The translations under genes and the position numbers were made by a program. This document shows positions 30,701-37,807 of a DNA stretch of 64,000 nt, piece by piece; within the stretch, counting starts at the first letter, position 1; every line of letters starts with the position of its first letter. The stretch covers positions 203,288 to 267,287 of the forward strand of contig CAYLPP010000003.1 in the NCBI GenBank assembly GCA_964385615.1. The letters are read 5' to 3'. The stretch comes from an uncultured bacterium (GTDB taxonomy: Bacteria; Omnitrophota; Omnitrophia; Omnitrophales; Aquincolibacteriaceae). The notes under the pieces are model-generated. The model had not been told where the DNA came from. It made no database searches and saw only the letters and a list, made by a program, of their open reading frames with translations.

Positions 30701-31588
30701 GTAGGCCTGACTCAAAGCCTGAAATTTTTTTCCGGCACCGGCGTTCTCCTGGCGGTTTTGGGGAGAATCCAAAAAAGAAAACACCCTCTGTGAAGCTTTA
30801 GAAATCTCCTCTTTGAATTCTTCTTCATTCCCGATAGAGTTTTCATTCAAAATCAGTTCCAGCGAGGAACCCTTTGGCGGTTTTTGAATACTCGCCAGAA
30901 GCTGAAGCACATTCAGCATGTCCTCCTGATTTTTCCGAAAGGCCTCAAGACTGCGTTCTAATTCCAGAAGACGCGGCGTAAAGAGCCTGTTCTTTCGATC
31001 ATTGATAATTTTTTCCATTTCCGCAATTTTGACGGAACTCTGCCGGCTGTCCGCGGCCGCCCGAAAAAGGGAGAAACCCTGCTCGTAAAGCCCCCAATCT
31101 TCAACACCTTCAAATTCCGCCAAGCCCGGTCCGGTGATTGCCGATTCGGCAGTTCCCGTCAATTCGCCTTTTTCCGCGTATCCATTGAGAACCGTCTTCA
31201 AAATTCCGGCATCCGGAAAACTTCTAAAAAGCTGCGGGTCAAAAGGCCCGAGAGCGCCCTCAACCCCGATGTAGCGGACTCCATGATCGGTCTGAAGTAA
31301 ATTCAGTAAAGCCTGAATGTTTTTCTGGGCGTCAGGAACAGCATGAGCGTCCTGAATCAGGAAAACGGCGGGAAGATCTTTTTGGCCTTCTGAGACTTCC
31401 TCAATTTTTCCAAGACCCGATGGGATTTCAAATTTGGATAAATCAGCTAAAAGAAGAACCTGGGGATCGGGTTTGGATTCAGAACCCGCCAGCGCGGATG
31501 GAAATGGAACGGGACCTGTCATGGCAAAACAGACCACGACCGCCCCCGCAACCCACCGATTTAAAGAGGTTTTCAGAGTGATTTTCAC
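18731..31588 (-). CDS. giant multidomain protein, 4,285 aa, N-terminal signal peptide, highly charged and helical, with TraB/Tiki-like, kinase-like, GGDEF-like and ATP-grasp-like motifs
   Basis: An uninterrupted 12.86-kb ORF with GTG start and N-terminus MKITLKTSLNRWVAGAVVVCFAMTGPVPFPSALAGS. Motifs by region: GGFHAQGLARIL (GxxHxxG, TraB/Tiki-like); IDIDNFKQVND; NPGNIVLENGTGKIFVVDHGFFF; and VVLKPDQGALGIGV...VVLNEIGFLPGG near the C-terminus. Confidence 0.75.
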   Translation of the reverse strand: MKITLKTSLNRWVAGAVVVCFAMTGPVPFPSALAGSESKPDPQVLLLADLSKFEIPSGLGKIEEVSEGQKDLPAVFLIQDAHAVPDAQKNIQALLNLLQTDHGVRYIGVEGALGPFDPQLFRSFPDAGILKTVLNGYAEKGELTGTAESAITGPGLAEFEGVEDWGLYEQGFSLFRAAADSRQSSVKIAEMEKIINDRKNRLFTPRLLELERSLEAFRKNQEDMLNVLQLLASIQKPPKGSSLELILNENSIGNEEEFKEEISKASQRVFSFLDSPQNRQENAGAGKKFQALSQAYRTGEIREDAFASELQTFLPSLAYSEGLKARILAHQRLQGLEGTRFFQEFEAYSEEIQDRLAETGEQKKLLQDIRHFQHLRKLASLELSRKDWEKIQSDGIAEDPASSYFISAEEFYKNAEARERAIAGNFINGIKAGNLNRGALVLGGFHAQGLARILREAGISYVLIRPEMQSIPEISLYRAQMQGDVSWKKYLQVENGKINLSRAFARSTRDRLLKQTDQPGKLLKAWRDQIIRDLSAQNRVEKADSYLQLLDEINGDFLDSVREKWLANIDAFIRSVRSLDKLGKLDENNVMSLLKTSGIPVPYFAGAVAPRSELRAEKSKVKVGDEWIEDRRRGGTANPIVRRNLRVAGQLGKVEKILQVLEAAAISSDGRWDRLVPSVLEQMQDLIRLYGYLQKDFDTTHLGPEFIAQWLMRDQRNRNIRSEEVRAETIITLGYMAPMSAINKADPSMRAGNEMWHAMERAIDTVVKRMDGVTAWVVKGKRPVIIGIPQHLAAQFISEVNAEARREFDLALQRMQDNAVDGGETAVRVAAVRKEMQGHLKTPAAMISLGTLETVLNANNPDYDTLEAEAQMEDFPAVMARRIWRSIDSGDPVFVTGVTKSLSELLIPPSVDSEQTADDDLLFANMYKRLKSYRLAVTIYEILGDMMEESRKRQEVLTEGRGLSEGSQRGSFPLQVHHPWPGLDWGYPDDTVKINSVSRFERQTTDLLTRLLEAIRIGKDRSGREELKKAMPKIREIFRKTEILITRDSRDHRQANKAFLIYDVYRMINKRRLTEDKHVSGYSQASIGDEIFGVMDNDKKLLLFMIDIDNFKQVNDFLSARFDFYPAEDSVLFGIVTDTIQKELEWISTHQGRAPPAFKAYLAETRGDESLTSKDLRKPEYAPVLHGYLRWVMYQRVKIPLNFEKIKALPQEKRQKLLRDAFPEKYPEIEARIEAGSEQKEFIISLGDLWVPETQKYEGMPSSLSRLQTGRWVRADLTLAAAEVSKGPLDQPNLEAASFDKIGDLIAKPGNILDALSAEVDKGKSSLALKSQGYQPSQAPELQAAYEREKLIKSHVKEQIGNLFDGQKVPEWMIGAIGQVIYQTGRAAEVTSGSPANVHPRNTIASIREQAEANIRAILGTAADPYVFLGLLEENGYLGFDLSREIQLRNVVPSARSESRTQNSSENQVEKPESWIKWLLLVIPRFFYDLFVNRKVFGAVRKKYKDAAAQNSFTQNYLDIYSLPPAHFKGRWKESLSGKIYEVDLIGGMHGDPQLPEYALDIAQKSIGNPRSWVIVLEGAEEPEELVLPGLGAQAALPAEVTTMKEVARGLRIPVFDPIPRLEAPEVIQRLQDTLGLSADDVWESLLFIHLISGVPDLQLTQLPAPEWFSLSLRALHRSPLSEDQKRNLVVKKLRQLRTSPSSIPVFLERLNRVRNARLEVRNQIAGEVLSRRLALYPARTKIFSVVGENHVQIFGGTPREANENISAELFGELLTNLRGISRSELRTDTEQPAEKEPVDWALDVLAEHSKLARLRRLEQLWILENQEKFGELKYLISDRYTNLPGMREFVIRLMSAYKLGGDKGFDEAAGELMTAYRLEKILAPYYEVEVLGVNLLIGFHEYDIMLSLKPRPGVTPPEGMDFGEGLYFVEAKEDDAADLNPLIRETINSQIPGQVRDLELLRRAGVPVRGVIVAAGGIQSGTGKRQANVFTREPWPERKLPGYGQNFSLHTLVTESFSVENQKAEQGTVPEIPLAQIQAWIGQKNSIQDLFSGIFIPRYGAGAAGYQDLIQREKAAQEARRVEMEERKIRAVKVEADLAAREAAGVEWTDLFLRAGVQGKMGQLEEPAFVEEALEWYLVKQRNFPLEQLKRNLESLYRGEKRDLKDVTPGDAQRVWVSIREAYLAHLETRERPKRKSPGAVKIPFRFKDRTAEEVFQEEVFGENGWISSFANRRDLVPNDMTIQVSEMEAGEALRLYFLPYLQSGDFKVMQRLEKQLREWIWAPSEGPLTSRDQAWQNLIKAAAEEAVKNQARSELRSVDRVTSVGSFKGRMDPARPVIESLTKALAQDGERTYQVADFGNGYPAYVTRDQAEWISGVLSSLHSEAVLDYTAIDQINFANYVLDSDSARWTAFIRQENDGSEPKLIYSYEWKPDWWTRLFGRDYLKEFKRVRLNPEAGSAKGISIIANPFQGEESGKKKVKFKTGKLSDGLGGAQPGSFDFISAYNVFKYYPHPEAMIPEQISPYLKDKGFLLTGTSFSLGDMLLQLYQKNGERLSSRRLFLLVGKARRRAGDAVALGYDSLGTLVDTDWYRINFADMVLREMVPNYQGYSPDEYRRAGEWMLAEPGRLDKYRQTVVERINSLGIFKAKVTGEFIEINADSVSALSPASLEDELSAMRRSEIRVEFREVPELSAEDLADGGVDADIPADVPLKSRAFRDLEKRGPLIAGLSDLLRKTLSSRKFILGSLALIYPEEKIEAGAGEPIKLILDPQSKAGSNRDFFRVRAEFQGRSYTFGIYAGILNNEQVRETELMGRLEVGPRTGVRARLPFRSNVGIMSVRAVDGESAKELLESGRVKSAFESIFKTGLMMIRKKVNFFDVVENPGNIVLENGTGKIFVVDHGFFFPDNESFSALGFAYGSALDAFSAGRDGDSVSFFGALGESAVRLTADEIKTPGAAADYLEKALEVARALNGIDPAFMDPGLIPEWTAFEKAVSEGIGALRGGESSRSEVRMATAVTEAPLEDEERDRILAELRRAFSGLQTSSGPHLWDARRLFEQGDYLEAAQELSGTLSPKWANAKENLQTLAFDKAIRKLPTVPRGLMTEAVLQETLRVLIQSDVFSFLPGSAEGEADQQQAFWRDFLEKTAALKPIAETLAVSALPSFGRARREAVNEREAQPDRVILQWTGEYRQSTEIMNAIDFLRRSLIYLFPDYQAGAGDVRSSHAPNQDDEKYRIFSLELSLKPGIASRSEARSMILPEDAFGHKKGREDQPRLPLESLLDARFNLTPESRKQKVFKIADFGTSLGDFLPAIQNQMMGLGYAVPEVEGFEAKGAAVIAGKRAGYPVQKAVVNADGITKIEAEENETRLTELEKRYDLIFFNAWDPSGRASQGFGPMFKVFKRYAQNDQSLGFVRLYNSQKISDEEKLAESRELEREIKKHPEIYFLEFSEASSPEIAAGKSPLGPLVLISLTPFSEALKTAARSEVRSFSFEAPANASDWGEIYAALQKEVNTAQFTDPNDPAEELQRLLAVVEPIIQKALGLPASYTAVEESVSSFGDYNLDSNPDRMRKRLFLMKAEKLMSAAMLKSMGHEVQFLETADGPEQELTFAELEFFIPEDLTGIFLLSQGHPELAMVVSAPFTKEVEVRGNRIWVLGGWFVKEGKIFWVHRFTKPRLVNAYNLGNISLEESLGGIIRGQFGTPLAYPPQSRDLKRFTFKSIIYLALQDPHPEIEVPRHLVQNLDKKIFTLESERRDVIVKNVQRALTSYGTDVVLKPDQGALGIGVQFFSSSDSLGEIERKVEEHLKSYPPEKAVLRYLIEEKIPLLPLKPDGRDKEVSWGVRLLLSLNPKTGRVETVNRLVRLQEGFLRRTAEYTSRDVWPVEKTFNQLGLEAGEQGRLSAEMERAAQAIYDVVSTQGRQKPGIVSVDFFITPDKKVVLNEIGFLPGGQAWFYSLPEAERLAFGNLRYDPYWFDRVAVEASKARSETRLEPILISEDLTALAMQLYPDASTAVTPRAELRRAVQQVARREIDLDLLEKTLRQAVEQTLANIRPEASVNEAVHAVFSPMIDAMLSFFRKKISEAVPGNRKVVLALDLSEIDRNGFERAESDYADILTRYFSNEVERLLIKGTLSAEVTGKIRESGISLTAQNRMEKISGTVLLNQKVLPLIRASGNIYQTSNQVLWPVGIRYDHDSGVNAEAAVMARFSQTLFGILSALLVRQPGDAEKLRAEFLQALALRKQYGDAAQAVVSFDEQGHAYINAKALEILMTRQAQTLTSRSA

Positions 31589-31712
31589 GTTTTCAGTCTT
31601 TTAAAAAGTCTTTCCTGAAAGGGTAACAGATTTTCAGAGGGCTTTCTATAGGAGGGAGCAAGAATCTAAGAGGGCTAAACTATTGCTTTAGAACAAGATA
31701 GATCAAAAACGA

Positions 31713-33122
31713 TTAAGTTCTTTTTTTCTCTAGCTTAAGCTTGTCAAAATCATCGGTAACCGCGGTAGGATATTCGCCGGAAAAACAGGCAGAACAGAAA
31801 GATTCCGCAGGCTGGGTCGTAGCCGCAAGCATCCCTTCCAGACTCAGGTAACCGATACTGTCGACTTCCAGGAATTTTTTAATTTCTTCCATCGAATTAT
31901 TGCTGGCAAGAAGCTCCGCCTTTGACGGAAAATCAATGCCGTAATAACAGGGTGAAACATGCGGAGGACAGCTGATCCGCATATGAACTTCCCGCGCACC
32001 GGCCTTGCGCAATAAAATCACGCGCGACTTGGCCGTATTCCCGCGGACGATCGAATCATCCACCACGATAACGCGCTTGCCTTCCACAACCTCTTTAATG
32101 GGATTCAATTTAATTTTAACTTTGAGAGAACGCGCGGCCTGGGTCGGACTGATAAAGGTACGGCCGATGTAGTGGTTGCGCGTGAAACCGATGCCTAACG
32201 GAATTCCTGATTCCTTGGCGTATCCCATGGCCGCGAAATTTCCGGAATCCGGCACAGGAATAACAATGTCCGCCTTCACGGGATGTTCCTTGGCCAGCTG
32301 GCGCCCTAAGCGCTCACGAACCAGCCCGACGTTATCGCCGAAAATAGTGGAATCCGGACGGGCAAAATAAACGTGCTCAAAAATGCACTGCGCCTTTTTA
32401 TATTCTTTGTCTTTGAACGGGAAAAAACTGCGCGCGCCATTTTCATCAATCACAACCACTTCCCCCGGCGCGACTTCCCGGACAAAATCCGCTTCGGTCA
32501 AATCAAAAGCGCAGGTTTCAGACGCCACGACGTAGGAGCGCCCTAATTTGCCCAGGCACAGCGGACGGAAACCATGAGGATCACGCACCGCGAACATTTT
32601 TTTCTCCGTCAGTATCACAACGCTGAAAGCGCCTTCCACGCGCCGAACCGTATCAATCACCGATTCTTCGACATTTCGGTAAGACGGCTTGGCCATCAGG
32701 TGCACAAAAATTTCAGAATCCATGGTGCTTCCAAAGATGGAGCCGTAAGCTTCAAGTTCCGCGCGCAGAATTTGAGCGTTAACCAGATTTCCGTTATGCG
32801 CGACGGCAACCTGCCCCCGGGAGTAGTCCACTTTATAGGGCTGAGCGTTAATCACCGTGGAAGAACCCGTTGTCGAATAGCGGACATGACCAATCGCGTG
32901 ATTACCAGGAAGCGCCGCGATCGCAGCCTCATCAAAAACATCGCCCACATGGCCCTGATTTTTATAGAGATGCAGTTTCTCACCGTCGGAAGTGCAGATA
33001 CCCGCGGCCTCTTCACCCCGGTGCTGAAGCGCAAACAAGCCCAGATAAGTCAGACGGGCGGCTTCCGGGTGATTGAAGATACCAAAAACACCGCAATGAT
33101 CTTTAACGTTTTCCCCGCTCAC
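31713..33122 (-). CDS. purF: amidophosphoribosyltransferase
   Basis: 469 aa starting [16 protein letters not shown] with the Ntn catalytic Cys, a PRTase domain, and C-terminal Cys residues (Fe-S-type PurF). Confidence 0.9.
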   Translation of the reverse strand: MSGENVKDHCGVFGIFNHPEAARLTYLGLFALQHRGEEAAGICTSDGEKLHLYKNQGHVGDVFDEAAIAALPGNHAIGHVRYSTTGSSTVINAQPYKVDYSRGQVAVAHNGNLVNAQILRAELEAYGSIFGSTMDSEIFVHLMAKPSYRNVEESVIDTVRRVEGAFSVVILTEKKMFAVRDPHGFRPLCLGKLGRSYVVASETCAFDLTEADFVREVAPGEVVVIDENGARSFFPFKDKEYKKAQCIFEHVYFARPDSTIFGDNVGLVRERLGRQLAKEHPVKADIVIPVPDSGNFAAMGYAKESGIPLGIGFTRNHYIGRTFISPTQAARSLKVKIKLNPIKEVVEGKRVIVVDDSIVRGNTAKSRVILLRKAGAREVHMRISCPPHVSPCYYGIDFPSKAELLASNNSMEEIKKFLEVDSIGYLSLEGMLAATTQPAESFCSACFSGEYPTAVTDDFDKLKLEKKRT

Positions 33123-35365
33123 GCTTCCATCCTTTTGGGAATCGCTCCCTCATAGATTTTCTTCATCTCATCAATCGTCAGAGAAATTTTATCATCCACG
33201 CAAAGCTCTTTACCGCCAGTTTTCCCAATCTGCGCGATCTGAACCCCGTTGCGGTGCGCCGCCTGAATCACGGCTTCTTTATCTTTAGGATTCACGCTTA
33301 TGAGAACCCGTGACTGACTTTCACCGAAATAAATAGAATCTTTACGGAGAGCCCCGAAATCCCGGATTAGATCAACGTGATCAATCAGCGCGCCGATCTG
33401 ACCTCCCATGCAGGATTCCGCGAGGGCCACAGCCAGTCCGCCTTCAGACAAATCATGGCAGGACGCCAACAGCCCCATGCCCGCCTGCTCCAGAATAGTT
33501 TTTTGAAGAGCCGTCTCACGGTTTAAATCCAGACGCGGAGGCAACCCTTTTTCAAGACCATGTTCAATCATCAGGTAATGGCTTCCTCCGATTTCATCGA
33601 AGGTCTGCCCCATCAGAAATACCAGATCCCCTTCACGCTTGAAAAAGGAAGGAACCCGCTTTGAAATATTTTCAATCAAACCGACCGCGCCGACCGTAGG
33701 CGTCGGATAAATCGCTGCGGTCGGGCTCTCATTGTAAAAACTGACGTTACCGCCGGTCACCGGAGTCTGAAGCGCTTTGCAGGCTTCCGTCATGCCCAGA
33801 ACCGCCTGGTGAAACTGCCAGAAAACTTCGGGCTTCATCGGATTTCCAAAATTCAAACAGTTAGTAATCCCCAAAGGAACCGCGCCGGTGCAGACCACGT
33901 TGCGAACCGATTCGGCAACAGCGATTTTACCGCCTTCAAAAGGATCCAGGTAACAGTACAAACTATTGCAGTCTGTCGAAACCGCGATCCCCTTTTCGGT
34001 TCCCTTAATGCGGACCAAGCCGGCATCATGCCCCGGATAAAAAACCGTATCGGTGCGGACCATATGGTCGTACTGCTGCCAGACCCAGGCTTTAGAAGCG
34101 ATCGTCGGGTGGTTTAAAAGTTTTTTCAGAACCGCGTTAAAATCTTTAGGTTCCGAGACCGTTTTAAGATCGAGCGTTTGCGCTTCTTTTAAGTACGCAG
34201 GCAATTTCTCTTCACGGATATAAATCGGGCCGTCATCCGCAAGCGCCTTGGCCGGAATTTCAGCGACCAATTTTCCGTTCTGAAGCACACGCATCAGCTT
34301 GCCGTCCTTCACTTCGCCGATCTGAACCGCGTGCAAATCCCATTTCTTAAAAATATCTTCAACGATTTTTTCTTTGCCCTTTTTAGCGATAATCAGCATG
34401 CGCTCCTGCGACTCCGAGAGCATAATTTCATACGGAATCATCCCGGTTTCACGCAAAGGAACTTTGGCCAGATCAATTTCAATTCCGGTAGAACCGCGCG
34501 CCGCGGTCTCACAGGTCGAACAGGTCAAACCAGCCGCGCCCATGTCCTGCATACCCACCAGAGCGTCGGTTTTAATCAATTCAAGACAGGCTTCGAGCAA
34601 AAGTTTTTCCATGAACGGATCGCCGACCTGCACCGCGGGCCGGTCCGTCTGACTTTCTTCCGTCAATTCGCGCGACGCGAATGCCGCTCCGCCCAAACCG
34701 TCACGGCCGGTAGCGGAACCCACGTAATAAACCGGGTTGCCGGTTCCCGCAGCCTTGCCTTTCACAATGCCTTTGGTGTCCACAAGACCAAGACACATGG
34801 CATTCACCAAAGGATTCCCTTCGTAGGAAGGATGAAAATAAACTTCTCCGCCGATCGTGGGAACGCCCATACAGTTGCCGTAATGCGAAATCCCCGCGAC
34901 AACCCCTTTAAAAAGACGCTTGGTTGTGACTGAGTCACCGGAATCCAGAGAACCAAACCGCAGAGAATTCATGGAAAGAATCGGCCGGGCTCCCATCGTG
35001 AAAATATCGCGCATAATCCCGCCGACACCGGTCGCCGCGCCCTGAAAAGGTTCAATCGCCGATGGATGATTGTGGCTTTCAATCTTGAAGCAGATCGCAA
35101 GCCCTTCGCCGATATCGATAATCCCCGCGTTTTCCTCCCCCGCTTTCACCAGCAGTTTAGCGCCGGACGTGGGGAAAAGTTTCAGAATGGGTTTGGAATT
35201 TTTGTAAGAGCAATGCTCACTCCACATGACACTGAACATCCCGAGTTCGGTGATGTTCGGCTCACGGCCGAGAATGGTTTTGATTTTCTGATACTCTTCA
35301 GGCGTGATCCCGTGCTTGGCGATCAGTTCAGGCGTGATTTTAGGTTCGGTCATAGTCATTGTCAT
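33119..35365 (-). CDS. purL: phosphoribosylformylglycinamidine synthase subunit PurL (FGAM synthase II)
   Basis: 748 aa with [22 protein letters not shown] and duplicated AIRS domains. Confidence 0.9.
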   Translation of the reverse strand: MTMTMTEPKITPELIAKHGITPEEYQKIKTILGREPNITELGMFSVMWSEHCSYKNSKPILKLFPTSGAKLLVKAGEENAGIIDIGEGLAICFKIESHNHPSAIEPFQGAATGVGGIMRDIFTMGARPILSMNSLRFGSLDSGDSVTTKRLFKGVVAGISHYGNCMGVPTIGGEVYFHPSYEGNPLVNAMCLGLVDTKGIVKGKAAGTGNPVYYVGSATGRDGLGGAAFASRELTEESQTDRPAVQVGDPFMEKLLLEACLELIKTDALVGMQDMGAAGLTCSTCETAARGSTGIEIDLAKVPLRETGMIPYEIMLSESQERMLIIAKKGKEKIVEDIFKKWDLHAVQIGEVKDGKLMRVLQNGKLVAEIPAKALADDGPIYIREEKLPAYLKEAQTLDLKTVSEPKDFNAVLKKLLNHPTIASKAWVWQQYDHMVRTDTVFYPGHDAGLVRIKGTEKGIAVSTDCNSLYCYLDPFEGGKIAVAESVRNVVCTGAVPLGITNCLNFGNPMKPEVFWQFHQAVLGMTEACKALQTPVTGGNVSFYNESPTAAIYPTPTVGAVGLIENISKRVPSFFKREGDLVFLMGQTFDEIGGSHYLMIEHGLEKGLPPRLDLNRETALQKTILEQAGMGLLASCHDLSEGGLAVALAESCMGGQIGALIDHVDLIRDFGALRKDSIYFGESQSRVLISVNPKDKEAVIQAAHRNGVQIAQIGKTGGKELCVDDKISLTIDEMKKIYEGAIPKRMEA

Positions 35366-35367
35366 TT

Positions 35368-36051
35368 TTAAACACTCAAAAGGCTTTCCCAGATTTTTTT
35401 ACCGTCACAGCCCGCGAGAATATCTTCGCTGGCGCGTTCAGGGTGAGGCATCATGCCCATGACATTCCCTTTTTCATTAAGAATCCCGGCGATATGGTCC
35501 CGGGAACCGTTCGGGTTGAATTCTTCACCCAGCTTTCCGTCCGCGGAGCAATAGCGGAACAGAATCTGATTTTGATCCTGAAGACGCTTAAGCGTATCGT
35601 CATCGCAGAAATAATTGCCTTCGCCGTGCGCGATCGGGATATTCAGGACTTCGCCCTTTTTGATATTTTTCGTAAAGATGGAATTATTGTTCTCACAGCG
35701 GATAGGCGTGAACTTCGAGATAAAGGAAAGCGTTTTATTGCGAAGCATAGCGCCGGGAAGAAGCCCGGCTTCCAGAAGAATCTGAAAACCATTGCAGATA
35801 CCCACCACGTAACGGCCTTCCGCGGCATGACGGCGGACCGATTCCATCGCGGGTGAAAAACGGGCAACCGCGCCCGTGCGCAGGTAATCCCCGTAACTGA
35901 AACCGCCGGGAAGAACCACAAGATCAACTTTTGGGAGGGTATTTTCTTTATGCCAGACAAATTCGACCGGAATTTTCATAACGTCTTTGAGGACGTGAAA
36001 ACAGTCCGTATCACAGTTGGAACCGGGAAAAACGACAACCGCGGCCTTCAT
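35368..36051 (-). CDS. purQ: phosphoribosylformylglycinamidine synthase glutaminase subunit PurQ
   Basis: [16 protein letters not shown]... with a class I glutamine amidotransferase triad (C, H..E). The ATG at 36051 is preceded by AAAGGAGAG; the ORF-track start at 36093 is rejected as too long. Confidence 0.88.
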   Translation of the reverse strand: MKAAVVVFPGSNCDTDCFHVLKDVMKIPVEFVWHKENTLPKVDLVVLPGGFSYGDYLRTGAVARFSPAMESVRRHAAEGRYVVGICNGFQILLEAGLLPGAMLRNKTLSFISKFTPIRCENNNSIFTKNIKKGEVLNIPIAHGEGNYFCDDDTLKRLQDQNQILFRYCSADGKLGEEFNPNGSRDHIAGILNEKGNVMGMMPHPERASEDILAGCDGKKIWESLLSV

Positions 36052-36105
36052 TTCAAAACTCTCCTTTGTCTGACGGGGGCATTCTACCGTCACGCGCCCT
36101 TTGTG

Positions 36106-36615
36106 TCAAAGCACCCGTGAAGTGATGCTTTTTTCCGATTTAGCCCAATTCACTTCGACTTCCAGACTTCCCTGCCCATCCGGCCTGAAAACAACATCCA
36201 TCCAGCTGAAGGTCATGCAGGCTTTTCCCTCAAGAACCGCCTTGCGGGCCTCCAGACTCATAGCCTCAAGATTCATCAGCGCGGGTTCAAAAGTGTAGAT
36301 AACCGGCTTCCCTTCGGCCATCCGGTATTTGTAATCTTTTCCGCCGTTTTTTTCAATCAGCGCCAGAGCGTCATCTTCCCCGTGGATTTTTAAATCTTTT
36401 TGAGCTTCCTGAAGCGCTTTGCGGGAAACCTGATCGAAATACGCTTTCTCAGCTTCTTCGTTTTTAAAGAGCCGGTCTTCTTTCAGAAGCTTTGAAATTT
36501 CCCGCTTAAAATCCGGAGCTGACTCCTCTTTCGAAGCGCAAAGTGAAACCGGCGGAAAAACCACGCAAAGCAGAAGAAGAGCCGCGGAAAACCGGCGGAA
36601 TGAAGAAGGAAACAT
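36106..36615 (-). CDS. hypothetical secreted protein inserted between purS and purQ
   Basis: 169 aa with a signal peptide (MFPSSFRRFSAALLLLCVVFPPVSLCAS) and a charged coiled region. No recognisable family. Confidence 0.5.
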   Translation of the reverse strand: MFPSSFRRFSAALLLLCVVFPPVSLCASKEESAPDFKREISKLLKEDRLFKNEEAEKAYFDQVSRKALQEAQKDLKIHGEDDALALIEKNGGKDYKYRMAEGKPVIYTFEPALMNLEAMSLEARKAVLEGKACMTFSWMDVVFRPDGQGSLEVEVNWAKSEKSITSRVL

Positions 36616-36629
36616 TCGCCCCGTTCCGC

Positions 36630-36881
36630 TCAGGCTTCCTGAAGCTGGAAGGTGTAATCCTCAATGACCGGATTGGTCAAAAGTTTTTCGCACATTTCGC
36701 GGATCCGGGCTTCGGCTTTCTGACGATTTTCAGCGTCAAGCGCCAGCTCGAAAAACTTTCCGACTCTCAGATTTTTCGCTTCTTTAAAACCCAGCGAATC
36801 CAAAGCGTGCAGAACCGTCTGCCCCTGCGGATCCAAAACCGACTTCTTCAATGTTACGTTAATGGTCGCCTTAAACATCAC
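36630..36881 (-). CDS. purS: phosphoribosylformylglycinamidine synthase subunit PurS
   Basis: 83 aa, MMFKATINVTLKKSVLDPQG..., the typical PurS fold. Confidence 0.85.
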   Translation of the reverse strand: MMFKATINVTLKKSVLDPQGQTVLHALDSLGFKEAKNLRVGKFFELALDAENRQKAEARIREMCEKLLTNPVIEDYTFQLQEA

Positions 36882-37792
36882 AGCAAATCCTTTCCGGTAA
36901 GCTTGCGGTAAGCATCCCGGTATGCAAGACTGGTTTTTTCCACGACTTCATTCGGAAGAACCGGCGCCGGAGGCTGCTGGTTCCACTTGATATCGAGCAG
37001 GTAGTTGCGCACGATCTGCTTATCAAAGCTGACCTGGTCGCGCCCCTCTTCGTAATCGGCCGCAGGCCAGAAACGCGAGCTGTCAGGCGTGAGAACTTCG
37101 TCGATCAGGATCAGCTGATCGCCCAAAAGACCGAATTCAAACTTCGTGTCCGCGATCAAAATACCTTTGGAAGCCGCGAAATCCCTTCCCTTTTCATAAA
37201 TCATAATGGAAAGGTCACGGGCCTTTTCGGCAACCTGCCGGCCCACGCGTTTGCACGCTTCTTCGAAATCAATATTGATATCGTGCCCGGTGGATTCTTT
37301 GGTTGCAGGAGTGAAAAGCGGTTTTTCAAGTTTCCCGCACTGCTTCAAACCTTTCGGCAAAACGTGCCCGCAGACCGAACCGGTTTTCTGATAATCCTTC
37401 CACCCGGAACCCGTGACATAACCGCGCACCACGCATTCAATGGTCAGCGGCTGGCAACGGCGGACCAGCATACTGCGGCCTTCCAGTTCTTCACCGTGCT
37501 TGGAAACCAGATCCGCGGGCAAGCCCATCTTTGAAACCTGGGTAGTAATCAAATGGTGTTTCACGCTGGAAGCGAAGTAATCAAACCAGAATGAGGAAAT
37601 CTGAGTCAGAACCTGCCCCTTATAAGGAATGGGGTTGGGCAGAACCACGTCAAACGCGCTTAAGCGGTCGCTGGTGACAATCAAAAGCTTATCGTTTCCT
37701 ACGGCATAAATGTCACGGACTTTTCCACGGCCGATGAGCGGCAGAGGGAGATGAGTTTGGCTTACGGTCCTGGGTTGAGATTGCGCAGTCAT
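36878..37792 (-). CDS. purC: phosphoribosylaminoimidazole-succinocarboxamide synthase (SAICAR synthetase)
   Basis: 304 aa with GKVRDIY...SDRLSAFD...LIDEVLTPDSSRFW motifs. Confidence 0.9.
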   Translation of the reverse strand: MTAQSQPRTVSQTHLPLPLIGRGKVRDIYAVGNDKLLIVTSDRLSAFDVVLPNPIPYKGQVLTQISSFWFDYFASSVKHHLITTQVSKMGLPADLVSKHGEELEGRSMLVRRCQPLTIECVVRGYVTGSGWKDYQKTGSVCGHVLPKGLKQCGKLEKPLFTPATKESTGHDINIDFEEACKRVGRQVAEKARDLSIMIYEKGRDFAASKGILIADTKFEFGLLGDQLILIDEVLTPDSSRFWPAADYEEGRDQVSFDKQIVRNYLLDIKWNQQPPAPVLPNEVVEKTSLAYRDAYRKLTGKDLL

Positions 37793-37807
37793 TCGGTTTC
37801 CTCTTGG

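Noticed and set aside
18731-31588. Possibility that the second giant ORF is a non-coding or antisense artefact
   Set aside because: A 12.86-kb frame with no stop codon, a signal-peptide-like N-terminus and several enzyme-like motif islands is effectively impossible by chance at about 50% GC. The many short plus-strand ORFs inside it are the artefacts.
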